Shown: positions 33,193 through 46,261, counted from the first letter of the stretch. The stretch: 64,000 nucleotides of DNA from an uncultured Rubrobacteraceae bacterium (GCA_902806055.1 CADCVD010000154.1:2914-66913); one strand, 5' to 3'. The notes: generated from the letters alone by a model not told the origin. Program-made: numbers and translations.

Positions 33193-33852
33193 CTAAGAGA
33201 CGAACTCTACCTCTTCGAATCCCAGGGTGGTCACGAAGGCCCGGATGCTGTCCTCGGCGTTGCTGCTCGCGTAGTCCAGGATGCCGTTCTCCTCAGCGGT
33301 GGTGGTGATCTCCGCCTCCGCCTCCCGGCGCGCCTCCCCGACCAGTTCGTCGTCTGTCCGGAACCTCAAGACGCCCTGGTCTCGGTCATAGACGGCGGTC
33401 TTGTCCTCGTCCAGGCTGGACGAGAGTATCTCGGGCTCGGGCAGCCGTATGGTCACCCTCTCTCCGTCTACCTCGACCTCGTCCTCGCCGAGGGAGGCCA
33501 GGTTCACGCCCGCCTCCACCTCACCCGTCGCGACGAGCACGATCTTCTCTCCGGTAAGGACTTTCTCCAGCGAGCTGTCGCCCCTCTCCTTGGTGACGAC
33601 TACGGACTCAGTCCAGCGCACCGTCGCGAGCCTGTCGAGCTCCTGCACGCCTTCGACGACGACCGGACTCGTCGTAGTCTTGATGCCCCCGTCGCCGAAG
33701 AGAGCGCCAAGGATGGGGAGCCGGCCTCCATACCAGGCTAGCCCCACGCCCAGAGCCATCGAGAGGATCACGATAACGAGCGCCAGAACGAGGGTCGTCC
33801 CGAACCCGGTCCCTTTCCCCTTGCCCATCGCGAGTCTCCCTAACCGGAACAT
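33193..33852 (-). CDS. DUF4230-like membrane-anchored protein
   Basis: Single TM, then GEVEAGVNL, VTIRLPEPEI, GILDYA..NAE. Confidence 0.8.
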   Translation of the reverse strand: MFRLGRLAMGKGKGTGFGTTLVLALVIVILSMALGVGLAWYGGRLPILGALFGDGGIKTTTSPVVVEGVQELDRLATVRWTESVVVTKERGDSSLEKVLTGEKIVLVATGEVEAGVNLASLGEDEVEVDGERVTIRLPEPEILSSSLDEDKTAVYDRDQGVLRFRTDDELVGEARREAEAEITTTAEENGILDYASSNAEDSIRAFVTTLGFEEVEFVS

Positions 33853-33954
33853 GGTAGGAGAATTCTATATCAGGCGGTCAGGCGACGCCCCGCAAGGCTA
33901 CTATCGCTCGTTCAGCGGTTGCGTTGGCACTCCCTTAGCGCTCGTGGAGCGCTT

Positions 33955-36900
33955 CTACCACGAGGCGCCATCCTCCAATAGTTTGTCCGCGGCTTCGCTC
34001 GGGAGAGGTTTGGCCAGATAATGGCCCTGGGCCAGATCGCACCCCAGATCCTTGAGCCTTTCCAGCTGCCCTTCAGTCTCTACGCCTTCAGCGACCACCT
34101 TCAGGCCCAAGGCGTGCGCGAGGCTAATCGTTCCCGAGACTATCGCTTCGTCGCCCGGGTCTCCCTCCCCGAGCCCTATGATGAACGCCCGGTCTATCTT
34201 CAGGTAGTCAACCGGCATACGCTTGAGGTAGTACAAACAGGAGTACCCCATGCCGTAGTCGTCGATCGCGAAGCTGACTCCCATACCCTTCAACATTCGG
34301 GGCTTACCCAAGGAGAACTCTGCGTCGTCCATCACCACCCGCTCGATGATTTCCAACTGCAGCGCACTGGGGTCCAGCCCGGTACTATTTAGGACCTTCG
34401 GGATAAGGTCGGGCTGGCGGCTAAACTGATCCGCCGAGAGGTTTACGCTCATGATGGGCGCCCTGCCCGGGTAACGCTCGCGCCACTCTTTGGCCTGCCT
34501 GCAGGCCTCTTCGATAACCCGCCGGCCTATCGGGCGGATCAAGCCTGTCTCCTCCGCGAGCACTATGAACTCCGAGGCAGGGATTAATCCTCGCTCCGGG
34601 TGTCTCCAACGGACCAGCGCCTCGAAGCCGTTGATCCCTCCGGTGCTCAGCTCGACCACCGGCTGGTAGTGGACCTCAAACTCCTCGCGCTCGATAGCTC
34701 GACGCAGATCTCTGTCCAGGTCCAAGCGCTCTACGCGGCGCGTGTTCATGCTGGGGCTGTACACCGCGAAGGCGGCCTTGCCACGGCTCTTGGCCTCGTA
34801 CATCGCCAGGTCCGCCTGTCGCAAAATCTCTTTCGGTTGGTCCCGGTCGGTCTCGCCGCGGGCAATCCCTATGCTAGGGCTCACGAACACCTCTTGTCCG
34901 TCGACCTCGAGAGGTGTGCACAGGGCCTCGCGAATCCGCTCCGCTACTCGTTGGGCTTCTTCTATACCGGCAGGCGCCTCCAGCAAACGGCGAACTCGTC
35001 CCCGAAGACCCTCCCGATCGTATCCCCCGGCCTCACGGTCCCCTTCAACCGTTCCGCTGCCTCCACCAGCACGTCGCTCCCCGCGTCATGCCCCAGCGAG
35101 TCGTTGAACATTTTGAAGTCGTCAAGGTCTACGAAGAGCACCGCGACCGATCCCCCCTTCCTCCCCGCCCCGGCCAGCGCGTGCTCCAGCCGATCCAGCA
35201 CCAACGCCCGGTTTGGTAACCCGGTAAGGGAGTCGTGGAATGCCTGGTGCTCTAGATACTCTTCCAGGGCCTTTCGCTCCGTTATGTCCTGGTGCAGACA
35301 CACCAGGTGGCTCGGCTCGCCCTGGGAGTCCTGTACGGGCGAGACGCTGGTGAGGTTCCACACCTCGCGCCCCTTTGAGTGCAAGTAGCGCCTCTCTAGA
35401 GTGTAGCTTCCTTGCCCTCTCTCTAATACCCTCCGAAGGTTGTGCGCTGATCTCCTGGTCGTCCGGGTGGATAACCTCCGCGTAGTCTCCGCCGAGCAAC
35501 TCCTCCTCCGTGTAGCCGAGCATCTCGCAAAGGGCGCGGTTGACCCTGAGGCGGCGTCCGTCGAGCCCTACGAGTGCCACGCCTATAGGAGCGTCCATGA
35601 AGGCCGTGCGGAACCTCTCCTCGCTCTCCCGCAGTCTTGCCTCGGCCTCTATTCGTTCGGTGATGTCGTGAACGGTGCCTACCATCCGCGACGGATTCCC
35701 CTCCTCGTCGGAGTAGACCTTGGCCTGGCGATGCACGCCGTGCTCCTCGCCTCCCGGCCTTACTATGCGATGGTCGAACTCGTAAGGCTTGTGCTTGTAA
35801 AGGGCACCGTGTATGTTTTTGGCGACCATCTCCCTGTCGTCGGGATGTACCAGATCCATGAGTTTGTCGACGTCGGGCTCAAACTCTCCAGGTTCGTAGC
35901 CGTAGATCCGAAAGACCTCGTAGGACCAGAACACCTCGTCGGTCTCTACGCTCCACTCCCAACTGCCAAGGTGAGCGATCCGCTGCGCCTCCGCTAGCCT
36001 AGCCTCGCCTTTGCGCAAGGCTATCTCGGCCTCCTTGCGCTCGGTAACCTCGTGAACTACACAGCACACCGCCTCTTCATCTCCGTAAGGGACCACGGTC
36101 GCGCTCGCCTCGACGCTTAGCAGCGACCCGTCCTTCCGGCGGTACTTACGCTCACCCTTGTCGCGACGCCTCTCCGCGTGGTCGCGCCTGACGTTTCGAT
36201 CTATGTTCTCGCGCTCGTGAGCGATAAAGTCGTAGATAGCCATCTCTGGCAGCTCGTCGGCGGCATACCCGAGTAACTCCTGGAAGGCTTGGTTCGATTC
36301 GAGGACACGCCCGTCGTCCGGGTCGAACAAGTAGATCCCCTCCACGCTCTGCTCGACTACCGCCCGGTGGCGTTCTTCGCTCTCCTTGAGTCTCTCCTCC
36401 GCCCGCTTGCGCTCGGTTATGTCCCGATAATTGGCCAACAACCCCTTTACGTCCGGGTCATCCAGGAGGTTGGTGCGTATCGTCTCCACGCAACGCCAGG
36501 AGCCGTCCCTGTGGCGGAGCCGCAGCTCCACGGGACGTTGTGCCTGTCCGGGGGCGCCCAAGGCGACGGCAAAATTATCCTTCGCAAAGCTTCTTGTCGT
36601 CCGGGTGAAAGTAGTCGAAGGTGTTCTCCCCGACCCGCTCCTCAGGACGAAAGCCCAGCACTCGCTCGACAGCCGGGCTCTCGTAGCAGATGTTCCCGTA
36701 CTTATCTAGAATCGTAATAACGTCCGAGGCGTTCTGGATAAGGGAGCGAAAACGCTTCTCGCTCTCTATGAGCTTCTCCTCCGCTCGCTTACGCTCGGTT
36801 ATGTCCTCGACGGTCCCTACGTGGCCGATTATCTCTTGATCGCGGCCTATAGGCGCCGTGCGCACGCTCACCCAACGAACGCCGCCGTTATCAGGGCGCA

Positions 36901-37572
36901 AAACCGATGCTCCTGGCACCATTCTCTTCCCGCAGCCGCCTGCCGGATCCAGTCGGCCTCGGCCCGCTCCCGATCTTTAGGGTGTACGAACCACGCGTAA
37001 CCCTCTCAGAGCGCCTCCTCATGTGAGCACCCGCATATCTCTTGCAAGATACGGTTGGTATAGACGTAACGCCCCTCGGCATCCGTTAAGAATATGCCTA
37101 GCGAAGACGAGGCGGAGAGGGACCAAAACCGCTCCTCACTCTTACGTAGAGCATCCTCCGCTTCCTTTTGTCTCGTTATATCCCTGGATATGCTTAGGAG
37201 CCATGCGATCTCCCCGTCGCCGTTGCGTAGAGGTACCTTGGTAGTTACGCTCCACCTTCTGTTGCCTTCCTCGTCTACGCTAGATTCTTCTCTATCGGTG
37301 GCAGGCTGTCCCGAACGAACGATCTCGTGTTCTTCCGCGCGATAGCGCTCCGCCAACTCTTCGGAGTAAAGGTCGAGATCCGACCTCCCGACGATCTCCT
37401 CCGGGTCCGCAGCCCCTACCTTCTTTGCGTACGCGAAGTTGCTAAAGCCGTAGCACCCTTGAACGTCTTTAACGTAGATACAATCTTGCAGGAAATCTAT
37501 CAGAACGCGTAGCAAAGGAGAGTCTCCAAGTGCCTCTCCCGGTGAGAGGTTGTACAGAGGATTCTTACTCAT
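33955..37572 (-). pseudogene. Multi-PAS GGDEF-EAL protein broken by several frameshifts
   Basis: Five consecutive fragments: PAS/PAC repeats, HDSLTGLPNR..DLDDFK..NDSLGH..FGDEF, FEALVRW, DDYGMGYS. Confidence 0.85.
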
Positions 37573-37865
37573 TTTGCTTTACTCTCCCCAGAGTCAGCAG
37601 AAGATACGAACTTAGCTTATCAATACGCAGGCTAATCCGCTATGGATCACGCTTCATTCCCAAAGACATCTTATACAAACGCTTGTCCGAGCGCAGCGCT
37701 CGTTCGTATGTATGCTTCCGAGAACAGTTAAAGAAGCATCGCAGGAGTAGTAGGGTCGGGCTCTAACCAAGCATCGGCAAGCTAGACGTAGGTTAGGTTT
37801 GCGATGCTTCTACTCATGAGGAAGAACAAGGAGACGTCTCCTTTGGTCCTCGGCTGTCGAGACGC

Positions 37866-38078
37866 TTACGCCTGGCTGTCGGTTCCCCGCCAGCGGGTGT
37901 GTTGCCCCAGCCCCTCGGCCTCCGGGAACTGCTCACCCTTGGTGATCTGGACGCGGACCGGGGGGAGCATCGTCCCCCGGTCGCATACGAATGTACCGCT
38001 TACCGGGGCCTTCTCGCCCGGTCTGAACACAGGGCCGTAGGGCCGGTAGCGCGCGAGGATCTCGTCTACGTTCGCCAT
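37866..38078 (-). CDS. YjzC-like small protein
   Basis: FRPGEKAPVSG.F...V.ITKGEQFPE...W pattern. Confidence 0.65.
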   Translation of the reverse strand: MANVDEILARYRPYGPVFRPGEKAPVSGTFVCDRGTMLPPVRVQITKGEQFPEAEGLGQHTRWRGTDSQA

Positions 38079-38085
38079 CGAAGCG

Positions 38086-39672
38086 CTAGAGGGTTACGGC
38101 CCTGGCATCGGTGAAGCCGGGCATCTCTCGCAGGGTCGTGAGTACCTCAGCCGGGATCGGCTCATCTACCGTTATCGCCATCGCGGCGGGGGCACCGGGG
38201 GCGGTGCGCCCGACGGCCATGTTGCCGATGTTGATCCCGTGCTCGCCCAGGATAGTTCCGATCCTGCCGATCATGCCGGGCATATCCTCGTTGCGGATAA
38301 AGAGCGTATACTCCTGCGGCACGATGTCCACCGTAAAGCCGAAGGCATCGATAATACGCTGCTGCATCCGGGGACCGAGCAAGGTCCCGCTCACGACGCT
38401 CTCTCCACCGTCCCCTGCGCCCAATCGCAAGGTGACGAGGTTAGTGTAGTCCGAGCTATCGGAGATGCGGGCGGTCTCTACCTTCATTCCCCTCTCTTTG
38501 GCCAGAGCGGGCGTGTTCACGAAGTTCAGGGGCTCGTGGACCATCGAGGAGAGGAGCCCCTTGACCACCGACACGTCTAACAAGCGCGTGTCGAAGCCGG
38601 AGATCTCACCCCTGTACTCGATCTTCAACGAGCTGCCGGGCTTGTCGGTGAGTTGATAAAGCACCCGCCCGAGCGTCTCGCACAGCTCCGAGAACTGGGC
38701 GACGAACTCAGCCCCCTCCCCTACCGGAACGGGCGCGTTGATGGCGTTCATGGGTACCTGCCCGCGTAGGGCAACCCCGACCTGCTCCGCGGCCGTAACA
38801 CCCGCCCGGTCCTGAGCCTCGACCGTGCTAGCCCCCAGATGGGGCGTGACGACCACGTTCGGGAGCGCGAAGAGCGGGGACTCGGTCGTCGGCTCCTCCC
38901 TGAACACGTCGAGGGCCGCGCCGGCTATAGTCCCCTCCTTAAGCGCATTGTAAAGGTCGACTTCGTCCACGATACCGCCGCGCGCGACGTTTATGAGGTA
39001 GGCGGAGGGCTTCATCCTCTCAAGAGCCTCCGCGTTGATCATACCCGTCGTCTGCGGGTTGCGCGGGACGTGCAGAGAGACGAAGTCGGACTGCGCGAGC
39101 ACTTCATCGACCGTCTCGGCGCGTCCGACGTTCATGTCGCGCATCCGGTCTTCGGAGACGTAAGGGTCGTAGGCGAGCACCCGCATCCTCATCCCCAGCG
39201 CGCCGCGAGCCACGATCTGGCCGACGTGCCCCAGGCCGATGAGCCCGAGCGTCTTCCCGGCGACCTCGACGCCCTTGAACTTGCTCCGCTTCCACTCCCC
39301 GCCGCGCAGAGACTCGTACGCAGCCGGGATGTGTCGCGCCGCCGCGAGCATCAGACCCAACGTATGCTCGCCAGCTGCTATTGTGTTGCTCTCGGGAGCG
39401 TTGGCGACGATGATACCGCGCTTGGTCGCGGCCTCGATGTCTATGTTGTCCACCCCGATACCGGCCCGGCCTACTGCCTTGAGGCTCTCCGCCCTCTCGA
39501 TGACCTCGGCGGTTACCTGAGTAGCGCTGCGGATGATGAGGCCGTCGTACTCGCCGATCTTCTCGAGCAGTTCCTCGTGGCTCAGGCCGAGGAGCACGTC
39601 TACCTCGAAGTCCTTCCTTAGTAGCTCGACCCCGCTCTCGGCGAGGGCCTCGGTTATAAGAACCCTCTTCAC
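38086..39672 (-). CDS. serA: D-3-phosphoglycerate dehydrogenase
   Basis: GRAGIGVDNID, NVARGG, TPHLGAST.EAQ, C-terminal ASB and ACT domains. Confidence 0.95.
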   Translation of the reverse strand: MKRVLITEALAESGVELLRKDFEVDVLLGLSHEELLEKIGEYDGLIIRSATQVTAEVIERAESLKAVGRAGIGVDNIDIEAATKRGIIVANAPESNTIAAGEHTLGLMLAAARHIPAAYESLRGGEWKRSKFKGVEVAGKTLGLIGLGHVGQIVARGALGMRMRVLAYDPYVSEDRMRDMNVGRAETVDEVLAQSDFVSLHVPRNPQTTGMINAEALERMKPSAYLINVARGGIVDEVDLYNALKEGTIAGAALDVFREEPTTESPLFALPNVVVTPHLGASTVEAQDRAGVTAAEQVGVALRGQVPMNAINAPVPVGEGAEFVAQFSELCETLGRVLYQLTDKPGSSLKIEYRGEISGFDTRLLDVSVVKGLLSSMVHEPLNFVNTPALAKERGMKVETARISDSSDYTNLVTLRLGAGDGGESVVSGTLLGPRMQQRIIDAFGFTVDIVPQEYTLFIRNEDMPGMIGRIGTILGEHGINIGNMAVGRTAPGAPAAMAITVDEPIPAEVLTTLREMPGFTDARAVTL

Positions 39673-40826
39673 GCGGTCACCCCGCTCTTCGAGAAGACCC
39701 GCTGGGCGGCGCCCACGCCCCTGCCTAGCTCGACCGGATGATCTAGGGACTCCAAAGCCAACTCAGCGGCGGCTATCGTGGCGATGATGTCGTAGGCGTC
39801 GAAGTAACCACAGTGGCCGATACGGAAGATCTTGCCCTCCTGTGGTCCCTGCCCGCCAGCAATTTGTATCCCGTGCTCCCTGAAGAGCATCTTGACGAAC
39901 TGCTTGCCGTCGATGCCCTCCGGGACGTAAGCCGCGGTTACGGCAGAGTTCAGATCCTCATCCGGCCCAAAGAGCTTCAGGCCCATACCCTTGATCCCCT
40001 CGCGCGAGGCCCGCCCGAGCAGGATGTGCCGCTGGAAGACCTCCTCGATACCCTCGTTGATGATCTGCTGAAGCGCCAGGTCGAGCTGGATGATTACGCT
40101 GACCGCTGGCGTCCACGGCGTCTGGGGCGGCTCCTTGGCGTACGCCTTCCTGGCGGCCGTCCAGTCGAAATAGTAGCGCGGCATCGTGGACTCCGCGTGC
40201 ATCCGCATTGCCCGCTCGCTCACGCTCACGAACCCGAGGCCCGGGGGCGTCATGAGCGCCTTCTGCGAGCCCGCGACCACCACGTCGACACCCCAGTCAT
40301 CAGTGCGGAGCGGACAGGCCCCGAGCCCCGAGACCGCGTCCACTATGGTGACGACGTTCTCCGTCGCCCTCGCGAAGCCCTCGATGTCGTTCACAGTCCC
40401 CGTCGAGGTCTCCGAGAGGACGCACATCGCGGCCTTTATCTCTTGGTCGTTGGACAGCGCCTCGGCGACCTCGTCGTTGTCCGCCTTCACGCCCCAGTCA
40501 TACTTCAACTCCGTGACCTGGAGGCCGAACGCCTGGCTCATCTTCACCCAGCGGTTCCCGAAGTTACCGTTGTTCACCACGAGCACCTTGTCGCCGGGCG
40601 AGAAGAGGTTCTGGATCGCGCCCTCGAAAGCCCCGGTCCCGCTCGCCGCGTAGGTAAAGATGTCGTTATCGGTCAAGAACACGCGCTTGAGGTTCTCGTT
40701 CACCCGGGTAAACACCTCGCCGAACTCCGGCGTGCGATGGTGGATGATGGGCAATGCGCCCGCCGCCGAGACCTCTGGCGGTACTGGCGTGGGTCCAGGC
40801 GACATCAAACGGTATTTGTTCATCAT
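39669..40826 (-). CDS. Class V PLP aminotransferase (alanine-glyoxylate/serine-pyruvate family)
   Basis: PGPTPVP, ETSTG, DAVSG, GSQKALMTPPG, FRIGH. Confidence 0.9.
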   Translation of the reverse strand: MMNKYRLMSPGPTPVPPEVSAAGALPIIHHRTPEFGEVFTRVNENLKRVFLTDNDIFTYAASGTGAFEGAIQNLFSPGDKVLVVNNGNFGNRWVKMSQAFGLQVTELKYDWGVKADNDEVAEALSNDQEIKAAMCVLSETSTGTVNDIEGFARATENVVTIVDAVSGLGACPLRTDDWGVDVVVAGSQKALMTPPGLGFVSVSERAMRMHAESTMPRYYFDWTAARKAYAKEPPQTPWTPAVSVIIQLDLALQQIINEGIEEVFQRHILLGRASREGIKGMGLKLFGPDEDLNSAVTAAYVPEGIDGKQFVKMLFREHGIQIAGGQGPQEGKIFRIGHCGYFDAYDIIATIAAAELALESLDHPVELGRGVGAAQRVFSKSGVTA

Positions 40827-41068
40827 GGGTACGAAGATTCCTCTCATTACTGCGGACAACCAGGTGTCTATTCTAGACATTATCCTTTGAGATGGCTACA
40901 TTCAGGGGCAGGTAATCTACAAACTGTTGCTATCTCACCAGATGCCCGAAGACTAGCTCTGATAAAGCAGTTCTACCTAACCTATTACAGTCCCCGAACG
41001 AGCAGTATCTACGAGCGGCAAGGCTCACCGCAAGAGCGAGGGCTAAAGGCGGAGGCGACGCCGGCCTG

Positions 41069-41227
41069 TCAGGGGCTTTTCCGCAACGCTCGCCTCTCTA
41101 GCAGTTTCGCGCTGCTCCTGTTCGTGCTGTCCAGGGCAGTGTAGGACGCGAGGACGGCGACCACGTAGGAGCGCGCGACTAGACCCAGGTCCCAGCTCGC
41201 CGCGACGCTCATCTCAGCGTGACTCAT
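41069..41227 (-). pseudogene. N-terminal remnant of an MHYT-domain signalling protein
   Basis: SWDLGLVARSYVVAVLASYTALD, then similarity is lost; strong SD AAGGAGG. Confidence 0.65.
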
Positions 41228-41304
41228 GAAACATGATCCTCCTTCAACGCGCTTGCTACTCACCCTAAATCAGCGAGCCTCGTTTTGCTCTTCAACTCTC
41301 TCTA

Positions 41305-41332
41305 ATATCGGTACAAAACATATAGATCTTTA
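41305..41332 (-). promoter_or_regulatory. Sigma28/WhiG-type promoter
   Basis: TAAA-N16-ACCGATAT upstream of the MHYT remnant. Confidence 0.5.
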
Positions 41333-41421
41333 ATGCCTGCTCAGGCCGTTAGTGTAAGGATCAGCGACTAGCAGGCTGCGTAATATGAGCCGGGACGGAT
41401 AACCTCCCGCATGTCAGACCG

Positions 41422-42679
41422 CTAGCCGAAACCGGCCCCTTCGAGCGCCGGCAAGGCTCTCCGGGCGTGCCTGACAGCGTAGCCGAACCCTGAGGGCGCG
41501 GAGAAGGAGTAGGGCTCCCTTCGACGAATCTCCTCGGCCAGGATTCCAGTCCGAATGAGTCCCTCCACGAGATCCAGCCTTAGGGCATCCCCGTCTCGCA
41601 GACGTCCGATCACGCCGCCCGCCGCCGCTTCCGGCATCATCAGTGAGGCCCAGACGCCCGGAAGACCTTCGGGGGGCACCCCGTCCGTCAGTACGGGAAC
41701 GTCCATACTAGCCTCAACCAAAGCTTCGCCTAGTCGGTCGAGCCGGAGCAGCCCCGGTCCTCCGCGCGGCCCACAGCCGGCCACGACGAGTAGATCTGAA
41801 GGCTCGACAGAGCCCCCCTCTACCCCCCGAACGGCATCCTTCTCAGAGACGAAGAAGCGACAATCGCCTGAGATCTCCGACGTACCTTCATCCGCCCGGC
41901 AGACAACCTCGGTACCGGACGCCCTGCCCTTGACGAAGACCAGACGCGGGCCCGCTGCCTCGGGAGGTGGAGGGGTGATCGGCAAGCCATCCTTTAGCCG
42001 TCCTGTCACGCTACCGGTGTCGTGCAACACGTCACCGAGGTGGGCGAAGAGGCCAGCGATGCCGTAGCTCTCGAACCAGGCGGACTCAAGCTCTACCACC
42101 TTCGGGCTCTCCGGGGCGAGAACCCGGATCATGCGGGAGAATCCGCCCGCCCCGGCCTCGTGCGCGATAGCGGCGAGGTGCACGAGCAGCTCGGGGCCGG
42201 CGCCCGAGGCCAATCCCGAACGCAGCGCGTTCGCCAGGGAGAAACCCCCAACTAGCTCTCGCGGCCGCGGCCCGCCCCTGAGGGCGAGCTCGACGCAAAC
42301 CTTCGCAGCATCGTCGGAGACGGGCGCCAGGCCCAGAGCCGTAAGGGCGATAGAAAAGGGATCTCTCGCCGGCACGACGACCGCCGGAAGGTCGAGCCGC
42401 AGCGCGGCTATCAACAATCCTGTGAGCTCCGCCGGCTCCGTAGAGCTTATCAACAGGGCGTCGAGCCTGTTGGCCGAGCAGAAGGTCTCGGCCCAGTCCG
42501 CGACCCACTCTCGATGAAGCGCGACGCCGCCCGCAGGACGTTCCGCCGGCAGACCGAACACCATCGGCTCGCCGCCAGCCTCTAGGATGGAGCCGATGTA
42601 TCCGAGCGCCTCGGAGGGAATCGGGACGAAGATGCGGGGCGTAGAACCGCGGGACTTATCGTCCCCCGGCGAGCGGGTG

Positions 42680-42690
<11 letters not shown>
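41422..42690 (-). CDS. Degenerate IlvD/Edd-family (dihydroxy-acid dehydratase-like) protein
   Basis: REWVAD, HLAAIAHEAG, GPRGGPG, LTDG, PEAAAGG...DGD; catalytic motifs absent. Confidence 0.75.
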
Positions 42691-44152
<1,462 letters not shown>

Positions 44153-44290
44153 GGCTCGCTTGCCTGCTCCCCTCCATTCTAGCATCGCGCAGAGGCTTCA
44201 CAGCGCCCCAAGGAGTCCCGCAGCGGATACTAGAATAGCTCGCTGTCGGACGAGGAAACCCCTCGCCGAGAAGACCTTACCGCGACGCCT

Positions 44291-44545
44291 CTACTCGCGG
44301 TCGAGCGGCGCGTCGAAGTTCTCTTCGAGATACTTGAGGGCGTCGGCGTGAGCTGAGAACTCCTTATCGTGGCTCTCAGCGAGGTTCCCTCCTCTCGTAT
44401 GCTCTCACCCGGCGGCGAACCCGCCATCGGAGGGACGTATCCTGTAGATTACTCCCGTCCCGTCCTCCAGCATCCTGGCGTAAGAGCCCGGCTCCTCCCT
44501 AAGCGCATTCACCATGGTCGCCCTCTGCTCGGCTCTGTCCGTCAT
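44291..44545 (-). pseudogene. Small hypothetical gene with internal TGA (44405-44407)
   Basis: SD AAAGGAG + ATG 44545; MTDRAEQR...GGFAAG*EHTRGG...DALKYLEENFDAPLDRE*. Confidence 0.45.
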
Positions 44546-44611
44546 CTCGTCTCCTTTCGTCCTTCGTCCTCTTGACCCATTGTCCTGCCCTGACTACCCA
44601 TCGTCCCCGGG

Positions 44612-45502
44612 TTATGCAACCCGTATCGGGGCGCCGAGGAAGTCGAGCAGCAGGGCGTTGACCTTCTCCGGCCGGTCCTCCGCGACGAAGTGACCCGCGT
44701 CCGGTAACCGTTCCATCCGGAGGTTCGGGACCCAGTAGCGGTCGGGCTCGGCTAGATCCGCGCCCAACACGCGGTCCTTCTCGCCCCAGATCACGAGCAC
44801 GGGCGCCTCGATCCTCTGTAGCAGCCTCCGACTCTCGAACGGGTTCCGGCGGAAGAGGGCGCGATAGTAGTTGAGGGCAGCGGTCAACGCCCCCGGCCTC
44901 GCCAGAGCTTCGGTGTACCGGTCGATGTCCTCCGTGGAGAACGTCTCCGGACGCACCGGCTCGTTGCGCAGCGCGTAACGGAGGGAGGCAAAGTTGCTCG
45001 CGCCCAGAGCCTTCTCCGGCAGACTGGGGATCTGAAAAAAGAACATGTACGAGCTCCTCAGCAGTTGCGCGGGCCTGAGCAGCCCGCGCGCGAAGCGATG
45101 CGGATGTGGGAGGTTCAGTATCCCGAGCCGCTCAACCCTCTCCGGGTGCATCATGGCGACAACCCATCCCGCCATAGCGCCCCAGTCATGGCCGGCCACC
45201 GTGGCAGTCTCTTCCCCACACGCCCGGATCAGGCGTTCCACGTCGCGCGCGAGCAGCTCGACCTGGTAGTCTGAGACCTTCGGTGGCTTGTTAGAGAGGT
45301 TGTAGCCGCGCATGTCCGGGGCGACCACTCGGAAGCCGGCCTGGACGAGGGCCGGGATCTGGAACCGCCACATGTACCAGAACTGCGGGAAGCCGTGCAG
45401 GAGCACCACAAGCGGCCCCTCCCCCGCCTCCACGTAGTGCAGCCGTGCGTCCTCAAGATCAGCGTAGCGGTGCGTCACCAGACCCGAAAGCGCACCGGTC
45501 AC
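44612..45502 (-). CDS. Alpha/beta hydrolase, epoxide hydrolase type
   Basis: LLHGFPQFWY, PDMRGY, GHDWGA, LNYYRA, GHF. Confidence 0.92.
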   Translation of the reverse strand: MTGALSGLVTHRYADLEDARLHYVEAGEGPLVVLLHGFPQFWYMWRFQIPALVQAGFRVVAPDMRGYNLSNKPPKVSDYQVELLARDVERLIRACGEETATVAGHDWGAMAGWVVAMMHPERVERLGILNLPHPHRFARGLLRPAQLLRSSYMFFFQIPSLPEKALGASNFASLRYALRNEPVRPETFSTEDIDRYTEALARPGALTAALNYYRALFRRNPFESRRLLQRIEAPVLVIWGEKDRVLGADLAEPDRYWVPNLRMERLPDAGHFVAEDRPEKVNALLLDFLGAPIRVA

Positions 45503-45505
45503 AGA

Positions 45506-46261
45506 TCAGACCGGCTCGTCGCGCGGCTCGACCAGGATCTCGTTGACGGCGGCGTGATCCGGCTGCCTCAAGGCGTAGAGAACCGATCCGGCGACATCTT
45601 CCGGGTCCAGAACACGAGCCCCGCTCGGCTGCGCGTACAGTTCGAGCGCTTCGGCGTCGGTACTGAGGGAGGATAAGTCCGTGGCTACGTTCCCCGGCTG
45701 AACGGTGGTCACCTTGATCCCGGTACCGGCCGTCTCCAGGCGAAGCCCTTGCGAGAGCGCCTCGACGAAGAACTTGCTGGCTGAATAGACCGAGAGACCT
45801 GGAAAGACCCTCCTTCCCGCGTCCGAGGAGATCGTGACGATATGCCCTCGCCCCCGGGCGAGCATCCCGGGGAGCACCGCGCCGATACAGTTGAGCGCCC
45901 CCTTGCAGTTCACCTCCACGGTCCGCTCCCATTCGTCCTGGCGCAGGTTCCGCATCAGTGTATAGAACATAACTCCCGCGCAGTTGACGAGGATGTCGAT
46001 CGGGCCGAGCTCTTGTTCGGTACGTGCTACTAGCGACTTAACCTGCCGACGATCCGTAACGTCGGTGGGCACGACCAAGCTCTTTGCCGCACCGCGCTGC
46101 TGGTCGAGTCCGGCTTGCACTTCATGCAACGCGTCCGGCCGGCGCGCCGCCAGCGCTACGTGCACGCCTTCGCGTCCGAGAGCGCGACCCACCGCCGCCC
46201 CGATGCCGCTAGAGGCACCGGTCACCACCGCGACTCGGTCCTGCAAAGACTCACTGTTTAT
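45506..46261 (-). CDS. SDR oxidoreductase resembling the R2 domain of fungal ATRR; apparent ATA start
   Basis: TGASSGIG, NCAGVM, SSDAGRRVFPGLSVYSASKFFVE, EILVEPRDEP; SD GGGAGGGAG 6 nt before ATA 46261. Confidence 0.85.
   Translation of the reverse strand: MNSESLQDRVAVVTGASSGIGAAVGRALGREGVHVALAARRPDALHEVQAGLDQQRGAAKSLVVPTDVTDRRQVKSLVARTEQELGPIDILVNCAGVMFYTLMRNLRQDEWERTVEVNCKGALNCIGAVLPGMLARGRGHIVTISSDAGRRVFPGLSVYSASKFFVEALSQGLRLETAGTGIKVTTVQPGNVATDLSSLSTDAEALELYAQPSGARVLDPEDVAGSVLYALRQPDHAAVNEILVEPRDEPV

Noticed and set aside
33955-37572. Programmed frameshifting or sequencing error in the GGDEF-EAL gene
   Set aside because: Multiple breaks plus degraded motifs, with clean flanking core genes, favour real pseudogenisation
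39813-41144. Long antisense or alternate-frame ORFs (also 24193-25143, 32273-33055, 38839-39621 and others)
   Set aside because: Shadows of well-supported genes in high-GC DNA with no motifs of their own
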